Below, in pieces: positions 44,802 to 58,558 of a stretch of DNA of 64,000 nucleotides. Where the stretch lies: positions 5,126 through 69,125 of the forward strand of contig JBHELK010000075.1 of the NCBI GenBank assembly GCA_046263085.1. The letters are read 5' to 3'. The position numbers and the translations under genes are program-made. Every line of letters starts with the position of its first letter. The stretch's first letter is position 1. This stretch comes from Actinomycetota bacterium (GTDB lineage Bacteria; Actinomycetota; UBA4738; JACQTL01). Under the pieces are notes generated by a model. That model was not told the DNA's origin. It searched no databases and worked only from the letters and a program-made list of their open reading frames with translations.

Positions 44802-46352
44802 GTGTCTCGAAAGCATCTTCTTGGTCTGGTCGCGCTCGTCCTCGTCTCGTCCGCCTGTGCCTCCGCCGGGCCCGGGGGGCCGGGGACGGACCGCCGATGG
44901 GTGCCGGAGGCGGTCGACACGCTGTCCGACACCGGCCGCAGCCCCTCGATCGCGGTCGACGCCGACGGGCTGCCGCACCTCGCCTACCTCGGGCTCAACG
45001 AGAAGCTCGCGGAGGGGGAGATCCCGCCGGCCCGCCCGCTCACGCTCCCGATCATCCCGGCCGTCCTGACGGCGAACTTCAGCAAAGAAGGGCTCTGGGA
45101 CCACGGGTCGGTCGTGGCCACACAGAACACCGCCGATCCGCTGCCCCTCAAGAAGACCGATCTCGTGGCGATCGCCATCGACCCCCGCGGGAACCGCAGC
45201 GTGGCATTCACCGAGAAGGGGGAGCTGCACTTCGCCGTGGAGAGCGGGGGCGACTTCGGCGCGCCGGAGAAGATCGCGTCCGGATCGTTCACCGGACTGT
45301 CGGCGGCCGTCGACCCGAAGGGCACGCCGTGGGTTGCGTGGATCGAGGGTGGCAACCTCCGGGTGGCGACGAAGGCCGGCGACTCGTGGTCGATCGACAC
45401 CGTCGGCCCGGCCTCGAGCTCGCGCAGGCTCCCGGCGACCACCTCGATCGAGGCCAGCCGGTCCGGCCCGCTCCTCGCATACACGGGCCCCGGCGGCCAG
45501 GGCCCGATGCTCGCGAAGCGGACGGGCGGCGCATGGACCAGCGAGTCCATCGACTCCGGCGGCGGCGGGTACGGCATCTCCCTGGCGCTGGACGCCGACG
45601 GGTACCCCCACGTCGCCTACTACACGTCCCGGGGGGAGGTTCGCCACGCCCACTCCGTGGGGGCGCCGTGGGAGGTCACGCCGATCGCGCAGGCCGGCAG
45701 GACCCATCCGGCCGGTTGGTCGGCGTCGATCGCGCTCGACAAGAAGGGGACCCATTACATCGCGTGGTACGACGCGAACGACGATCAGATCAGACTCGCC
45801 ACGAACTCCAGCGGGAAGTTCAAGGAGATCCCCGTCACCGGCACGCAGCAGGGCGAGCTGCCGCAGGTGGCCGTGGCGCCCGACGGCTCCACGGTGTACG
45901 TGGCGTGGTACGACCACGTGAACGCCGACCTCTACGTGGGCCTCTACGGGGTCAACGGCCCGCTCGACGTGGGGCTCGCGGCCGTCCCCCCGCAGACGCC
46001 GCCCTCCGGACCGACCGGTGGGCCTTCCGGGGGGTGCTCGCCGGACGACAACGTGACCATCAACGCCCCATCGGGCGCCGCGGTCGGCGGGTTCAAGGAG
46101 ACGAGCGTCACGGCGCCGGCGAAGGGCGTGGCGATCTGCTTCGAGAACGACGACAGCGGCGTCGCGCACAACGTGGGGATCTTCTCCGCCGATCCTCTCC
46201 AGGACCCGAGCGCGAAGACCATCTTCACCGGCGACCTCGTCACCGGGTCCACGACCGTTGACTACGACGTGGGCGCGGTCCCGGCGGGGTCGTACTTCTT
46301 CCACTGCGACGTGCACCCCACGACGATGACCGGCACCCTCACCGTCAAATAG
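44802..46352 (+). CDS. Lipoprotein with repeat (propeller-like) domain and C-terminal cupredoxin domain
   Basis: GTG at 44802, lipobox VSSAC; repeats S(I/L)A(V/L)DxxGxPH(V/L)AY; C-terminal HNV...YFFHCDVHPTTM type-1 copper motif. Confidence 0.8.
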   Translation: MSRKHLLGLVALVLVSSACASAGPGGPGTDRRWVPEAVDTLSDTGRSPSIAVDADGLPHLAYLGLNEKLAEGEIPPARPLTLPIIPAVLTANFSKEGLWDHGSVVATQNTADPLPLKKTDLVAIAIDPRGNRSVAFTEKGELHFAVESGGDFGAPEKIASGSFTGLSAAVDPKGTPWVAWIEGGNLRVATKAGDSWSIDTVGPASSSRRLPATTSIEASRSGPLLAYTGPGGQGPMLAKRTGGAWTSESIDSGGGGYGISLALDADGYPHVAYYTSRGEVRHAHSVGAPWEVTPIAQAGRTHPAGWSASIALDKKGTHYIAWYDANDDQIRLATNSSGKFKEIPVTGTQQGELPQVAVAPDGSTVYVAWYDHVNADLYVGLYGVNGPLDVGLAAVPPQTPPSGPTGGPSGGCSPDDNVTINAPSGAAVGGFKETSVTAPAKGVAICFENDDSGVAHNVGIFSADPLQDPSAKTIFTGDLVTGSTTVDYDVGAVPAGSYFFHCDVHPTTMTGTLTVK

Positions 46353-46425
46353 GCCGACACCCGTGGGGCGGGGCTCGTCCTCGCCGCTCCCGGGATCGGC
46401 TCGGACCGGCTCCTACAATGACGGG

Positions 46426-50299
<3,874 letters not shown>

Positions 50300-50300
50300 C

Positions 50301-51491
50301 TTGCAACTGCGGACGCTGGACGAGCTCGGCGACGTCGCCGGCAAGCGGATCTTCGTCCGCGTCGACTTCAACGTCCCGCTCGACGACGGGCGCGTGGCTG
50401 ACGATTTCCGTATCCGCGCGGTCCTGCCGACGTTGCGTGAGCTGCTGGAGCGCGACGCGTCACTCGTGCTCGGGTCGCACCTCGGACGGCCCAAAGGGGA
50501 GGAGCGCGACGAGCTCCGGCTGGCTCCCGTGGGGGACCGGCTCGCGGAGCTCCTCGAGCTGGATGTCCAGGCCGTGAGCGACGTGGTCGGCGAGGAGGCC
50601 GGGGCCGTGTGCTCCCACCTCGGTCCTGGTGAGGTGGTGCTCCTCGAGAACCTCCGGTTCGAGCCCGGGGAGGAGCGCAACGATCCGGGGTTCGTCGATC
50701 GGCTCGCCGGGCTGGCGGACGCCTACGTGAACGATGCCTTCGGCACGGCGCACCGCGCGCACGCGTCGGTGGTCGGCCTCGCGGAGCGGTTCGAGCAGCG
50801 AGCCGCCGGGCGTCTGCTGCAGCGAGAGGTGGAGGTGCTCTCCAAGCTGCTCGAGGACCCCGACGAGCCGTACGTCGCGGTCCTGGGCGGAGCCAAGGTC
50901 TCGGACAAGCTCGCCGTGATCGAGGGACTGATCGAGCGCGTCGACGCGCTGCTGATCGGCGGCGCGATGGCGTTCACCTTCCTGGCCGCCGAGGGCGTCG
51001 AGGTGGGCCGGTCCCTCGTGGAGGAGGATCGCTTCGACGACGTCCGGCGAGCAGCCAAGCTGGCGGGTGATCGCGGCGCGCTGCTGCAGCTCCCCGAGGA
51101 CGTCGTCGTCGCGCCCGAGGTCAGCGCGGATGCCCGACACGAGACCGTCGGCGTCGACGCCATCGCGCGCGACCGGATGGGTCTCGACATCGGGCCACGC
51201 ACGGTCGAGGAGTTCGCCCGCACGATCGCCGACGCCAGAACCATCCTCTGGAACGGGCCGATGGGTGTCTTCGAGCTCGAGCCCTTCTCCGCGGGCACGC
51301 GCGGGGTCGCCACGGCCATCGCCGGTGCCGGCGCCGACGCGTTCACGGTCGCCGGCGGCGGCGACTCCCTCGCCGCCGTGGCCAGGTTCGGGCTCGCGGA
51401 GGGCTTCGATCACCTCTCCACGGGCGGTGGCGCCTCGCTCGAGTTCCTGGAGGGCAAGGAGCTGCCGGGGATCGAGGTGCTGAGCCGATGA
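50301..51491 (+). CDS. pgk: Phosphoglycerate kinase
   Basis: RVDFNVP, SHLGRP, NDAFGTAHRAHAS, GGAKVSDK and STGGGASLE. Confidence 0.98.
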   Translation: MQLRTLDELGDVAGKRIFVRVDFNVPLDDGRVADDFRIRAVLPTLRELLERDASLVLGSHLGRPKGEERDELRLAPVGDRLAELLELDVQAVSDVVGEEAGAVCSHLGPGEVVLLENLRFEPGEERNDPGFVDRLAGLADAYVNDAFGTAHRAHASVVGLAERFEQRAAGRLLQREVEVLSKLLEDPDEPYVAVLGGAKVSDKLAVIEGLIERVDALLIGGAMAFTFLAAEGVEVGRSLVEEDRFDDVRRAAKLAGDRGALLQLPEDVVVAPEVSADARHETVGVDAIARDRMGLDIGPRTVEEFARTIADARTILWNGPMGVFELEPFSAGTRGVATAIAGAGADAFTVAGGGDSLAAVARFGLAEGFDHLSTGGGASLEFLEGKELPGIEVLSR

Positions 51492-52261
51492 GTCCCGCTC
51501 GCCGTCCCGTCATCGCCGCGAACTGGAAGATGCACATGACGCATCTGGAGGCCATCCAGGCGGTGCAGAAGCTCTCCTACCTGCTGAGCAAGGAGGATGC
51601 CGAGCACGTCGAGGTCGTGATCTGTCCCCCGTTCACGGCCCTGCGATCGATCCAGACCCTGATCCAGTCGGACCGGCTCCCGTACGGCCTCGGCGCGCAG
51701 AACGTCCACTCGGAGGCGAAGGGTGCCTTCACCGGAGAGATCGCCCCCGCCATGCTGCAGGCACTGAGTTGTTCCTACGTCATCGTCGGACACTCCGAGC
51801 GCCGGCAGTTCTTCGGCGAGACCGACGAGACGGTGAACAAGAAGGTGAAGGCCGTCTTCGGGGCCGAGATGATCCCGATCATGTGCGTCGGGGAGTCGCG
51901 GCAGGAGCGGGAGTCGGGAGCCACCGATGCCAAGATCGAGGGGCAGGTGCGGGGAGGCCTGGCCGGCGTCGCCGCCGAACAGGCGAAGGAGCTCGTTGTC
52001 GCCTACGAGCCCATCTGGGCCATCGGCACGGGGCTCAACGCCGAGCCCAACGACGCCGGTCAGGTCGTCTCGCTCATCCGGAAGACGCTCGCCGACCTCT
52101 ACTCGAGGGAGGTCGCCGATGCCGTCCGGGTCCAGTACGGCGGGAGCGTGAAGGCGGGCAACATCCGCGACTTCATGGCCCACCCCGACATCGACGGGGC
52201 ACTGGTGGGCGGGGCCAGCCTCGATCCCGAGGACTTCGCGCTCATCGTGAAGTATCGGTAG
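51488..52261 (+). CDS. tpiA: Triosephosphate isomerase
   Basis: ANWKM, GHSERR, AYEPIWAIGTG, YGGSV and LVGGASL. Confidence 0.98.
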   Translation: MSPARRPVIAANWKMHMTHLEAIQAVQKLSYLLSKEDAEHVEVVICPPFTALRSIQTLIQSDRLPYGLGAQNVHSEAKGAFTGEIAPAMLQALSCSYVIVGHSERRQFFGETDETVNKKVKAVFGAEMIPIMCVGESRQERESGATDAKIEGQVRGGLAGVAAEQAKELVVAYEPIWAIGTGLNAEPNDAGQVVSLIRKTLADLYSREVADAVRVQYGGSVKAGNIRDFMAHPDIDGALVGGASLDPEDFALIVKYR

Positions 52262-52305
52262 ATCCGGGAGGAATCGCGGCCCCCCGCCGCGAAGCCAAGG
52301 AGAGG

Positions 52306-54027
52306 ATGAACCGTCTGCTCCTCTTCGCTCTGCTCGTGGTCGGTCTGCTCGCCGCGGCCACGTCCGTCTCGGCAGGGGCCGCCGGTGACGCGGCGGCACC
52401 CCCGAACCCGTCCTGTCGCCCACCCGACGGTGAGCCCGTGACCGGCTGCCTCCCCGGTGGACTCGGGCTCTCCGGCGTCGCCGCCGCGACCGCCCCCTCG
52501 ATCCCTTCGGTCCTCGACCATCCGGCGGGTGCCTGCACGCCCGTCCAGGGAACCGACGACCGGTGTGAGGCGTGGACGGCCACGTACGACGACCCCGACG
52601 TGGCCACCGGATCGCACCAGTTCCCGAGCGGGCTCGCGCTGTCCCCGGACGGCCGCGTCGCGTACGCGGCACTGATGGATACGGCATTCGACGCCGGGAA
52701 CCCGTACGACACGAAGAGCAGGTGGGCGGTGGTCGCGACGGACGTCGCGACCGGCGAGCCTCGGTGGGTGGCGCGGTGGGGTGCACCCGACGCGTACAGC
52801 TTCCCGGCGGCCGTCGCGGTGTCACCCGACGGAGCCACGGTCTACGTGGCCGGATCGACGCGACCGGCGCAGGGCGACATCGACTCGCACCTCCGCGTGA
52901 TCGCCTTCGCCGCCTCAACGGGAGACGTTCGCTGGATCGGAACCTATGACGGGCCCGGCGGCGGTGTCGACAACGCGATGGGGCTCGTGGTGAGCGCGGA
53001 CGGCGCGCGCGTGTTCGCCGCCGTGGTCAGCGACTCGAACCCCGGGATGAACGGGGAGTACCCGGCGGAGGACCTGGACATCGCAGTGGTCGGGTACGAC
53101 ACGGCGACCGGAGCCCAGGTGTGGGCCTCCCGTTACGCTGGGCCGAAGAAGGACGGGGTCGACTCGCCGTTCGGCTTCGGCATCAGCCCCGACGGCACCG
53201 CCGTCTTCGTCACCGGTTGGAGCTACATCGGGGACGACTACGACGTGGACTACGCGACCATCGCCTACGACGCCGCCACGGGGAAGCAGCGGTGGGTGGC
53301 TCGCTACGACGGCGTGGGGATCCACGGCGCCGACGAGCCGTTCGGCCTCGCGGTCTCCTCGGACGGCCGCCGTGTGTACGTGACCGGCATGTCGAACGAC
53401 GGGACCGTGCCGTTCGCCGTGAACTACCGCTACGGGACCGTGGCATACGACGCCGCGACCGGCGCGCAGCTGTGGGAGGCGAGCTACCATCCCGCGGGCT
53501 GGAGCTTCAGCTCACCGTTCCAGATCGTGGTGAGCCCAACCGGCGATCGGGTGTTCGTGACGGGAGAGCTGTCGAGCTCTCAGGTGCTCGTGGGGACGCC
53601 CAGGGTGGGGACCGCCGACACGAACTTCGGGACGGTCGCCTACGACGGCGCCACCGGACACCAGCTGTGGTCCGCGGAGTTCGGGACGCCGCAGTTCGAC
53701 TTCGAGTTCGGGATCGACGTCGCCTCCAGCCCGGACGGCGGCACCGCCTACGTCACGGGTGTGTCGAGCAGCTCGAAGTCCCAGTACGCGCTCCTGGGGT
53801 CGGGCCAGCTCGCGGACCAGGTCACGTTGGCGTACGACGGCGCCACCGGCGCACAGCGGTGGGTGGCCCGATTGAACATGACGGGCTACGACTTCGACAT
53901 CGGCAAGGGTGTGGCGGTGACGCCGGACGGCGGAACCGTGGTGACGCTCTCGGAGCTCGACCACCAGATCGCCCAGAACGACAACACGTACGACGTGGGC
54001 CTCGCCGCGTACCGAACCGCGGGCTGA
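52306..54027 (+). CDS. Secreted PQQ-like beta-propeller repeat protein
   Basis: AGGAG SD, signal peptide; about seven repeats of SPDG..(V/A)YVTG and YD(A/G)ATG.Q.W. Confidence 0.85.
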   Translation: MNRLLLFALLVVGLLAAATSVSAGAAGDAAAPPNPSCRPPDGEPVTGCLPGGLGLSGVAAATAPSIPSVLDHPAGACTPVQGTDDRCEAWTATYDDPDVATGSHQFPSGLALSPDGRVAYAALMDTAFDAGNPYDTKSRWAVVATDVATGEPRWVARWGAPDAYSFPAAVAVSPDGATVYVAGSTRPAQGDIDSHLRVIAFAASTGDVRWIGTYDGPGGGVDNAMGLVVSADGARVFAAVVSDSNPGMNGEYPAEDLDIAVVGYDTATGAQVWASRYAGPKKDGVDSPFGFGISPDGTAVFVTGWSYIGDDYDVDYATIAYDAATGKQRWVARYDGVGIHGADEPFGLAVSSDGRRVYVTGMSNDGTVPFAVNYRYGTVAYDAATGAQLWEASYHPAGWSFSSPFQIVVSPTGDRVFVTGELSSSQVLVGTPRVGTADTNFGTVAYDGATGHQLWSAEFGTPQFDFEFGIDVASSPDGGTAYVTGVSSSSKSQYALLGSGQLADQVTLAYDGATGAQRWVARLNMTGYDFDIGKGVAVTPDGGTVVTLSELDHQIAQNDNTYDVGLAAYRTAG

Positions 54028-54059
54028 GCGCCCGCGCACCTCTGATAACGTCGCCCGCA

Positions 54060-55325
54060 GTGAACCGATTGCTGTACGTGTGTCTCGACGGGCTCGGCGA
54101 CGATCCCATCCCGGAGTTCGGCGGCCGCACGCCACTCGAGGCGGCGCACACACCGGTTCTCGACTCGCTCGCGCAGCGGGGGAGACTGGGTAGCGTCACG
54201 ACGGTCGGGCGGGGCATCGCGCCGGAGTCCGACATCGCGGTGTTCGCCATCCTCGGGTACGACCCCCGCGGCGAGCATCCCGGCCGGGGCGTGGTCGAGG
54301 CCGTCGGCACGGGAATGGAGTTCCGCGACGGCGACGTCGCGTTCCGTGTCAACTTCGCCACCTGCGAGTGGCCCACGATCATCGACCGCCGGGTGGGCCG
54401 CGATCTCTCCTCCGACGAGGCCCGGGCGCTGGCGGAGGAGGTCAACCGGGAGCTCGAGCTCCCCGGCGCGTCCTTCGAGCTCCGGGCCACCGTCGAGCAT
54501 CGCGGTGTGCTCACGATCCGCGACGCCGGTGGGCCGCTCTCGGCCGAGGTCACGAACACCGACCCCGCCTACCGCAAGGAGGGTTCGCTCGGCGTGGCCC
54601 TCGAGACGTTCGACAGCACCGTGGCCACCAGCGAGCCGATCGGGGGCGCGCCCGAGGCCGGGCGTGCGGCGGAGCTCACGAACGCGTTCGTGCGGGGATC
54701 CCACCGGATCCTCGACACCTCCGACGTGAACGCCCGGCGCCGAGCTGCCGGCAAGCACGTGGGCAACCTCGTGCTCACCCGCGACGGGGGCGACCACATC
54801 CCCGAGCTCCAGCCCATCAAGGACCGGTTCGGCCCGTCCTGGGGGTGCTTCGTGGAGATGCCGGTCGAGCGAGGGATCGCCCTGCTCCTGGGGATGGACG
54901 AGGTCACCGCCCCCCGCCTGACGGGGGACGACGAGTCCCTGGCCCGGTGGGCGGCCCTCGCCGCCGAGGCCCTGGAGGGATACGACGCCCTGTACGTCCA
55001 CATCAAGGGCCCCGACATCCCGGCGCACGACGGCCTGGCCGAGGACAAGCGGGACGTCATCGCGGCGATCGACCGGGCCTTCTTCGCCGAGGTCCTGCCG
55101 GCCATCGATCCGGATCGGACCATCGTGGCCGTCACGGCCGACCACTCGACGTCGTGCCCCCGCAAGGCGCACACCGACGACCCGGTTCCGCTGCTGGTCA
55201 CGGGCCCGGGCGTCTCCTCGGACGGGCCCACGGAGTTCGGGGAGCGTGCCTCCCGTCGGGGCTCGCTGGGCGCGCTGGGCGGCGTGGAGATCGTCCCGGC
55301 CCTGGTCGATCTGCTGAAGGGCTAG
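54060..55325 (+). CDS. apgM: Cofactor-independent phosphoglycerate mutase, ApgM (archaeal-type) family
   Basis: LDGLGD, TPLEAA.TP, PESDIA, GRGVVEA.G, AFRVNF, HIKGPDIPAHDG, TADHST and HTDDPVP. Confidence 0.85.
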   Translation: MNRLLYVCLDGLGDDPIPEFGGRTPLEAAHTPVLDSLAQRGRLGSVTTVGRGIAPESDIAVFAILGYDPRGEHPGRGVVEAVGTGMEFRDGDVAFRVNFATCEWPTIIDRRVGRDLSSDEARALAEEVNRELELPGASFELRATVEHRGVLTIRDAGGPLSAEVTNTDPAYRKEGSLGVALETFDSTVATSEPIGGAPEAGRAAELTNAFVRGSHRILDTSDVNARRRAAGKHVGNLVLTRDGGDHIPELQPIKDRFGPSWGCFVEMPVERGIALLLGMDEVTAPRLTGDDESLARWAALAAEALEGYDALYVHIKGPDIPAHDGLAEDKRDVIAAIDRAFFAEVLPAIDPDRTIVAVTADHSTSCPRKAHTDDPVPLLVTGPGVSSDGPTEFGERASRRGSLGALGGVEIVPALVDLLKG

Positions 55326-55462
55326 CCGGGCCGGATCGAACCAGCACAATCCCGGCTCCGCCTCGGCCTCGTATACAGCTAATGGACAATGGATGTTGAT
55401 TGGTGTCATCTGGGCGTCTGCCATAGACTTCGGCCCGTTCCTGGGGTAGGGGAGTCGGGCCC

Positions 55463-56479
55463 ATGAGTCAGGTCGTCGCTGAGCCGACGGCGCCGGATGC
55501 GATCGCAGTCGCCGCGGGTGAGGTCGTCGGACGCACCCCATGGCAGATCTTCTGGGGCCGTTTCAAGAAGGACAAGGTCGCCTTCGTGGGGGCCGGGTTC
55601 ATCATCCTCCTCGGCCTGGTGGCGATCCTCGCGCCCTTCATCGCCAACCACATCATCCATCACGGGCCGAACCAGCTCCTGGGGAGCCCGAACTCCAGCA
55701 CGGGGGAGCCGGCCGTCCTGCCCAACGTGCTGTCGCCGATCGGACTGCCGACGGGCCCCTCCGGGAAGCTGTGGTTCGGGGCCGATCAGTCGGGGCGCGA
55801 CCTGTTCGTGCGCGTGATCTACGGGGCCCAGACGTCGCTCACGGTGGCCCTTCTGGCGACCGGGATCTCCGTGCTGATCGGCGTCATCCTGGGGGTCGTC
55901 GCGGGCTTCACCGGTGGGATCATCGACACCGTCATCGCCCGGACCATCGACATCGTGATGTCGCTGCCGATCCTGCTGTTCGCCATCGGCATCGCCGGCG
56001 CGTGCTCGATCAGTCCGCAAGGCTGCACCATCGGGTTCCTCCATCTGGAACCGGGCCGAAATCTGGTGGTGTTCATCATTGCGCTGGTCAACTGGACCTA
56101 CATCGCCCGCATCGTCCGCGGACAGACGTTCTCGCTGCGCGAACGGGAGTTCGTGGAGTCGGCGCGCGCCCTCGGCGCTCCCGGCAGGCGCATCATGTTC
56201 CGCGAGATCCTCCCGAACCTCGTGGCGCCGATCATCGTCTACGCCACGCTCATCATCCCCAGCAACATCATCTTCGAGGCGTCGCTTTCGTTCCTGGGCG
56301 TGGGCATCCCGCAGGACACGCCGTCGTGGGGGCGCATGCTGTCCGATGCGACCCAGCTGTTCCGGGTGGCGTGGTGGATGATGCTCTTCCCCGGCCTGTT
56401 CCTGTTCCTGACCACATTGTCGTTCAACCTCCTCGGTGACGGCCTGCGCGATGCGCTGGACCCGAGGAGCGGCAGGTAG
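55463..56479 (+). CDS. Oligopeptide/dipeptide ABC transporter permease (OppC/DppC-like)
   Basis: FGADQSGRDLFVRVIYG, EFVESARALGA and EASLSFLGVG. Confidence 0.92.
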   Translation: MSQVVAEPTAPDAIAVAAGEVVGRTPWQIFWGRFKKDKVAFVGAGFIILLGLVAILAPFIANHIIHHGPNQLLGSPNSSTGEPAVLPNVLSPIGLPTGPSGKLWFGADQSGRDLFVRVIYGAQTSLTVALLATGISVLIGVILGVVAGFTGGIIDTVIARTIDIVMSLPILLFAIGIAGACSISPQGCTIGFLHLEPGRNLVVFIIALVNWTYIARIVRGQTFSLREREFVESARALGAPGRRIMFREILPNLVAPIIVYATLIIPSNIIFEASLSFLGVGIPQDTPSWGRMLSDATQLFRVAWWMMLFPGLFLFLTTLSFNLLGDGLRDALDPRSGR

Positions 56480-56548
56480 ACCAGAAAGGAGGAAGGGTTT
56501 CTCTCGACCAATCGCACGACCTGTAGCCAATCTCCCGAAGGGGGTAGC

Positions 56549-58471
56549 GTGACGAAGAAGAGATATCTGAAGGTCCTCGCACTGGCCGCCATCCTGTCCA
56601 TTACCGCGGCCGCTTGCGGCGGCGGCGGTGGGTCGTCGAACAAGACGAACCCGCCCGCGACGAGCGGCGCTCCGAGCCTCGCCGGCGGCACGTACCGGAC
56701 GGCCATCGAGGACTTCGGCTTCACCGGGGCCTTCGACCCCACCGGTGAGTACCTCGGCAACGCATGGGGCCTCTACAGCGACCTGCTGCTGCGGACCCTC
56801 GTGACCTACAAGCACGTGCTCGGGCTGGCCGGCGACGAGATCGTCCCCGACCTCGCCACGGACACTGGCCAGGTCTCGTCCGACGGGCTCACGTACACGT
56901 TCCATCTCAAGGACGGCATCAAGTTCGCGCCGCCCGTCAACCGTGAGATCACGTCGGCGGACGTCCTCTACGCGTTCCAGCGCATCGACTCCAAGGCACT
57001 GGTCGCGCAGTACGGCTCCTACTACGACGGCACGGTCGAGGGGATGGATGCCCCGGTGGCCAAGCCCGCCGAGGGGGTCACCATCTCCGGCATCAAGACC
57101 CCGGACGACAAGACGATCGTCTTCACGCTCCAGCAGCCGACCGGTGACTTCATCTACCGGCTGGCCATGCCGGCCACCGCGCCGGTGCCGCCCGAGGTGG
57201 GCAAGTGCTTCACCAAGGCGGGCGACTACGGCCGCGACGTCGTCTCGTCCGGTCCGTACATGATCCGGGGAGCCGACAAGATCGACATCTCGAGCTGCGG
57301 CGCGATCAAGCCGATGTCCGGCTTCGACCCGACGAAGCGCCTGATCGTCGTTCGCAACCCGAACTACAACGACGGGAAGCCGGGGGCCGACCCCTCGGAT
57401 GACCCCGCCGTGCGTGAGAACAACGTCGACGGCATCTCCATCACGATCAACACGAACACCAACGACATCTTCGACAAGGTGTCGGCCGGAGAGCTCGACG
57501 GAACGTGGGCCAGCATCCCGCCCACCGAGATCCTCCAGAACTACCTGACCGACCCGAACCTCAAGGACAAGCTGCACGCGGACCCGGGTGACCGAACCTG
57601 GTACATCACGATGAACACCCTGGTGCCGCCGTTCGACGACATCCACGTCCGAAAGGCCGTGAACTACGCGCTCGACAAGGCAGCGATGCTCCAGGCGGTG
57701 GGTGGTCCGACGTTCGGAGAGATCGCCACGCACATCATGCCGCCGTCGGTCCTCGACTTCGGAGGCGAGACGTACGACCCGTATCAGTCTCCCAACGAGG
57801 CCGGTGACATCAAGGCGGCGCAGAACGAGATGTCGCAGTCGAAGTACGACAAGAACCACGACGGCAAGTGCGACGATCCCGTCTGCCAGAACCTGCTGTT
57901 CGTCAACCGGAACTACGACCCCTGGACCAAGTACACGCCGATCATCCAGAACAACCTCTCGGCGCTCGGCATCACCGTGAAGCCCAGGGAACTCGACACC
58001 GGTACCGCGTACACCACGATCCAGACGGTGAAGAACCTGGTTCCCATCGCGGCCAACGCCGGTTGGGGCAAGGACTACGCCGACCCGTTCACGTTCGCCG
58101 ACCTGCTGTTCGGCTCGGGCGGGATCCTGTGTACCGGCCAGGTCAACTACTCCGAGGCAGGCATGACGCAGGACCAGGCCAAGGAGTGTGGCGTGGAGTC
58201 CCAGTGGAACGCGACGCACCCAGACCAGTGGAGCACCGATGCAGACATCGACCACTGTGAGGGCCTCGCCGACCAGGAGCGGACGGACTGCTGGGTTCAG
58301 TACGACAAGAAGATGATGGAAGAGGTCGTGCCGTGGGTTCCCTACCGCTGGGCCACGAACATCACGGTCGTCGGTGACTCGGTCACGAAGTACGAATTCG
58401 ACCAGTTCGCCGGCGCCATCTCGTGGTGCCACATCGCGGTCGACAACAACGTGGACCCGAACACGATCTAG
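56549..58471 (+). CDS. Oligopeptide/dipeptide ABC transporter substrate-binding lipoprotein (SBP_bac_5)
   Basis: Lipobox AAAC, IVPDLA, DGLTYTFHLKDGIKF, SSGPY and PFDDIHVRKAVNYALD. Confidence 0.92.
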   Translation: MTKKRYLKVLALAAILSITAAACGGGGGSSNKTNPPATSGAPSLAGGTYRTAIEDFGFTGAFDPTGEYLGNAWGLYSDLLLRTLVTYKHVLGLAGDEIVPDLATDTGQVSSDGLTYTFHLKDGIKFAPPVNREITSADVLYAFQRIDSKALVAQYGSYYDGTVEGMDAPVAKPAEGVTISGIKTPDDKTIVFTLQQPTGDFIYRLAMPATAPVPPEVGKCFTKAGDYGRDVVSSGPYMIRGADKIDISSCGAIKPMSGFDPTKRLIVVRNPNYNDGKPGADPSDDPAVRENNVDGISITINTNTNDIFDKVSAGELDGTWASIPPTEILQNYLTDPNLKDKLHADPGDRTWYITMNTLVPPFDDIHVRKAVNYALDKAAMLQAVGGPTFGEIATHIMPPSVLDFGGETYDPYQSPNEAGDIKAAQNEMSQSKYDKNHDGKCDDPVCQNLLFVNRNYDPWTKYTPIIQNNLSALGITVKPRELDTGTAYTTIQTVKNLVPIAANAGWGKDYADPFTFADLLFGSGGILCTGQVNYSEAGMTQDQAKECGVESQWNATHPDQWSTDADIDHCEGLADQERTDCWVQYDKKMMEEVVPWVPYRWATNITVVGDSVTKYEFDQFAGAISWCHIAVDNNVDPNTI

Positions 58472-58494
58472 AGGAAGGAACGGAAAGAGGACGG

Positions 58495-58528
58495 CTGACG
58501 GGGTCGCTCGCGAGGGCGACCCCGTCAG
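58495..58528 (+). other. Intra-operon stem-loop after the Opp binding-protein gene
   Basis: 15-bp stem CTGACGGGGTCGCTC/GGGCGACCCCGTCAG with a GCGA tetraloop; no U-tract. Confidence 0.7.
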
Positions 58529-58558
58529 GGTCCACAAGAGTAGAGTGGGCGAGGAGCG

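Noticed and set aside
52600-54000. Recurring TACGACG(C/G)CGC(C/G)AC words as a CRISPR or DNA repeat array
   Set aside because: They are degenerate coding repeats of propeller blades, with no constant repeat-spacer structure and no cas genes.
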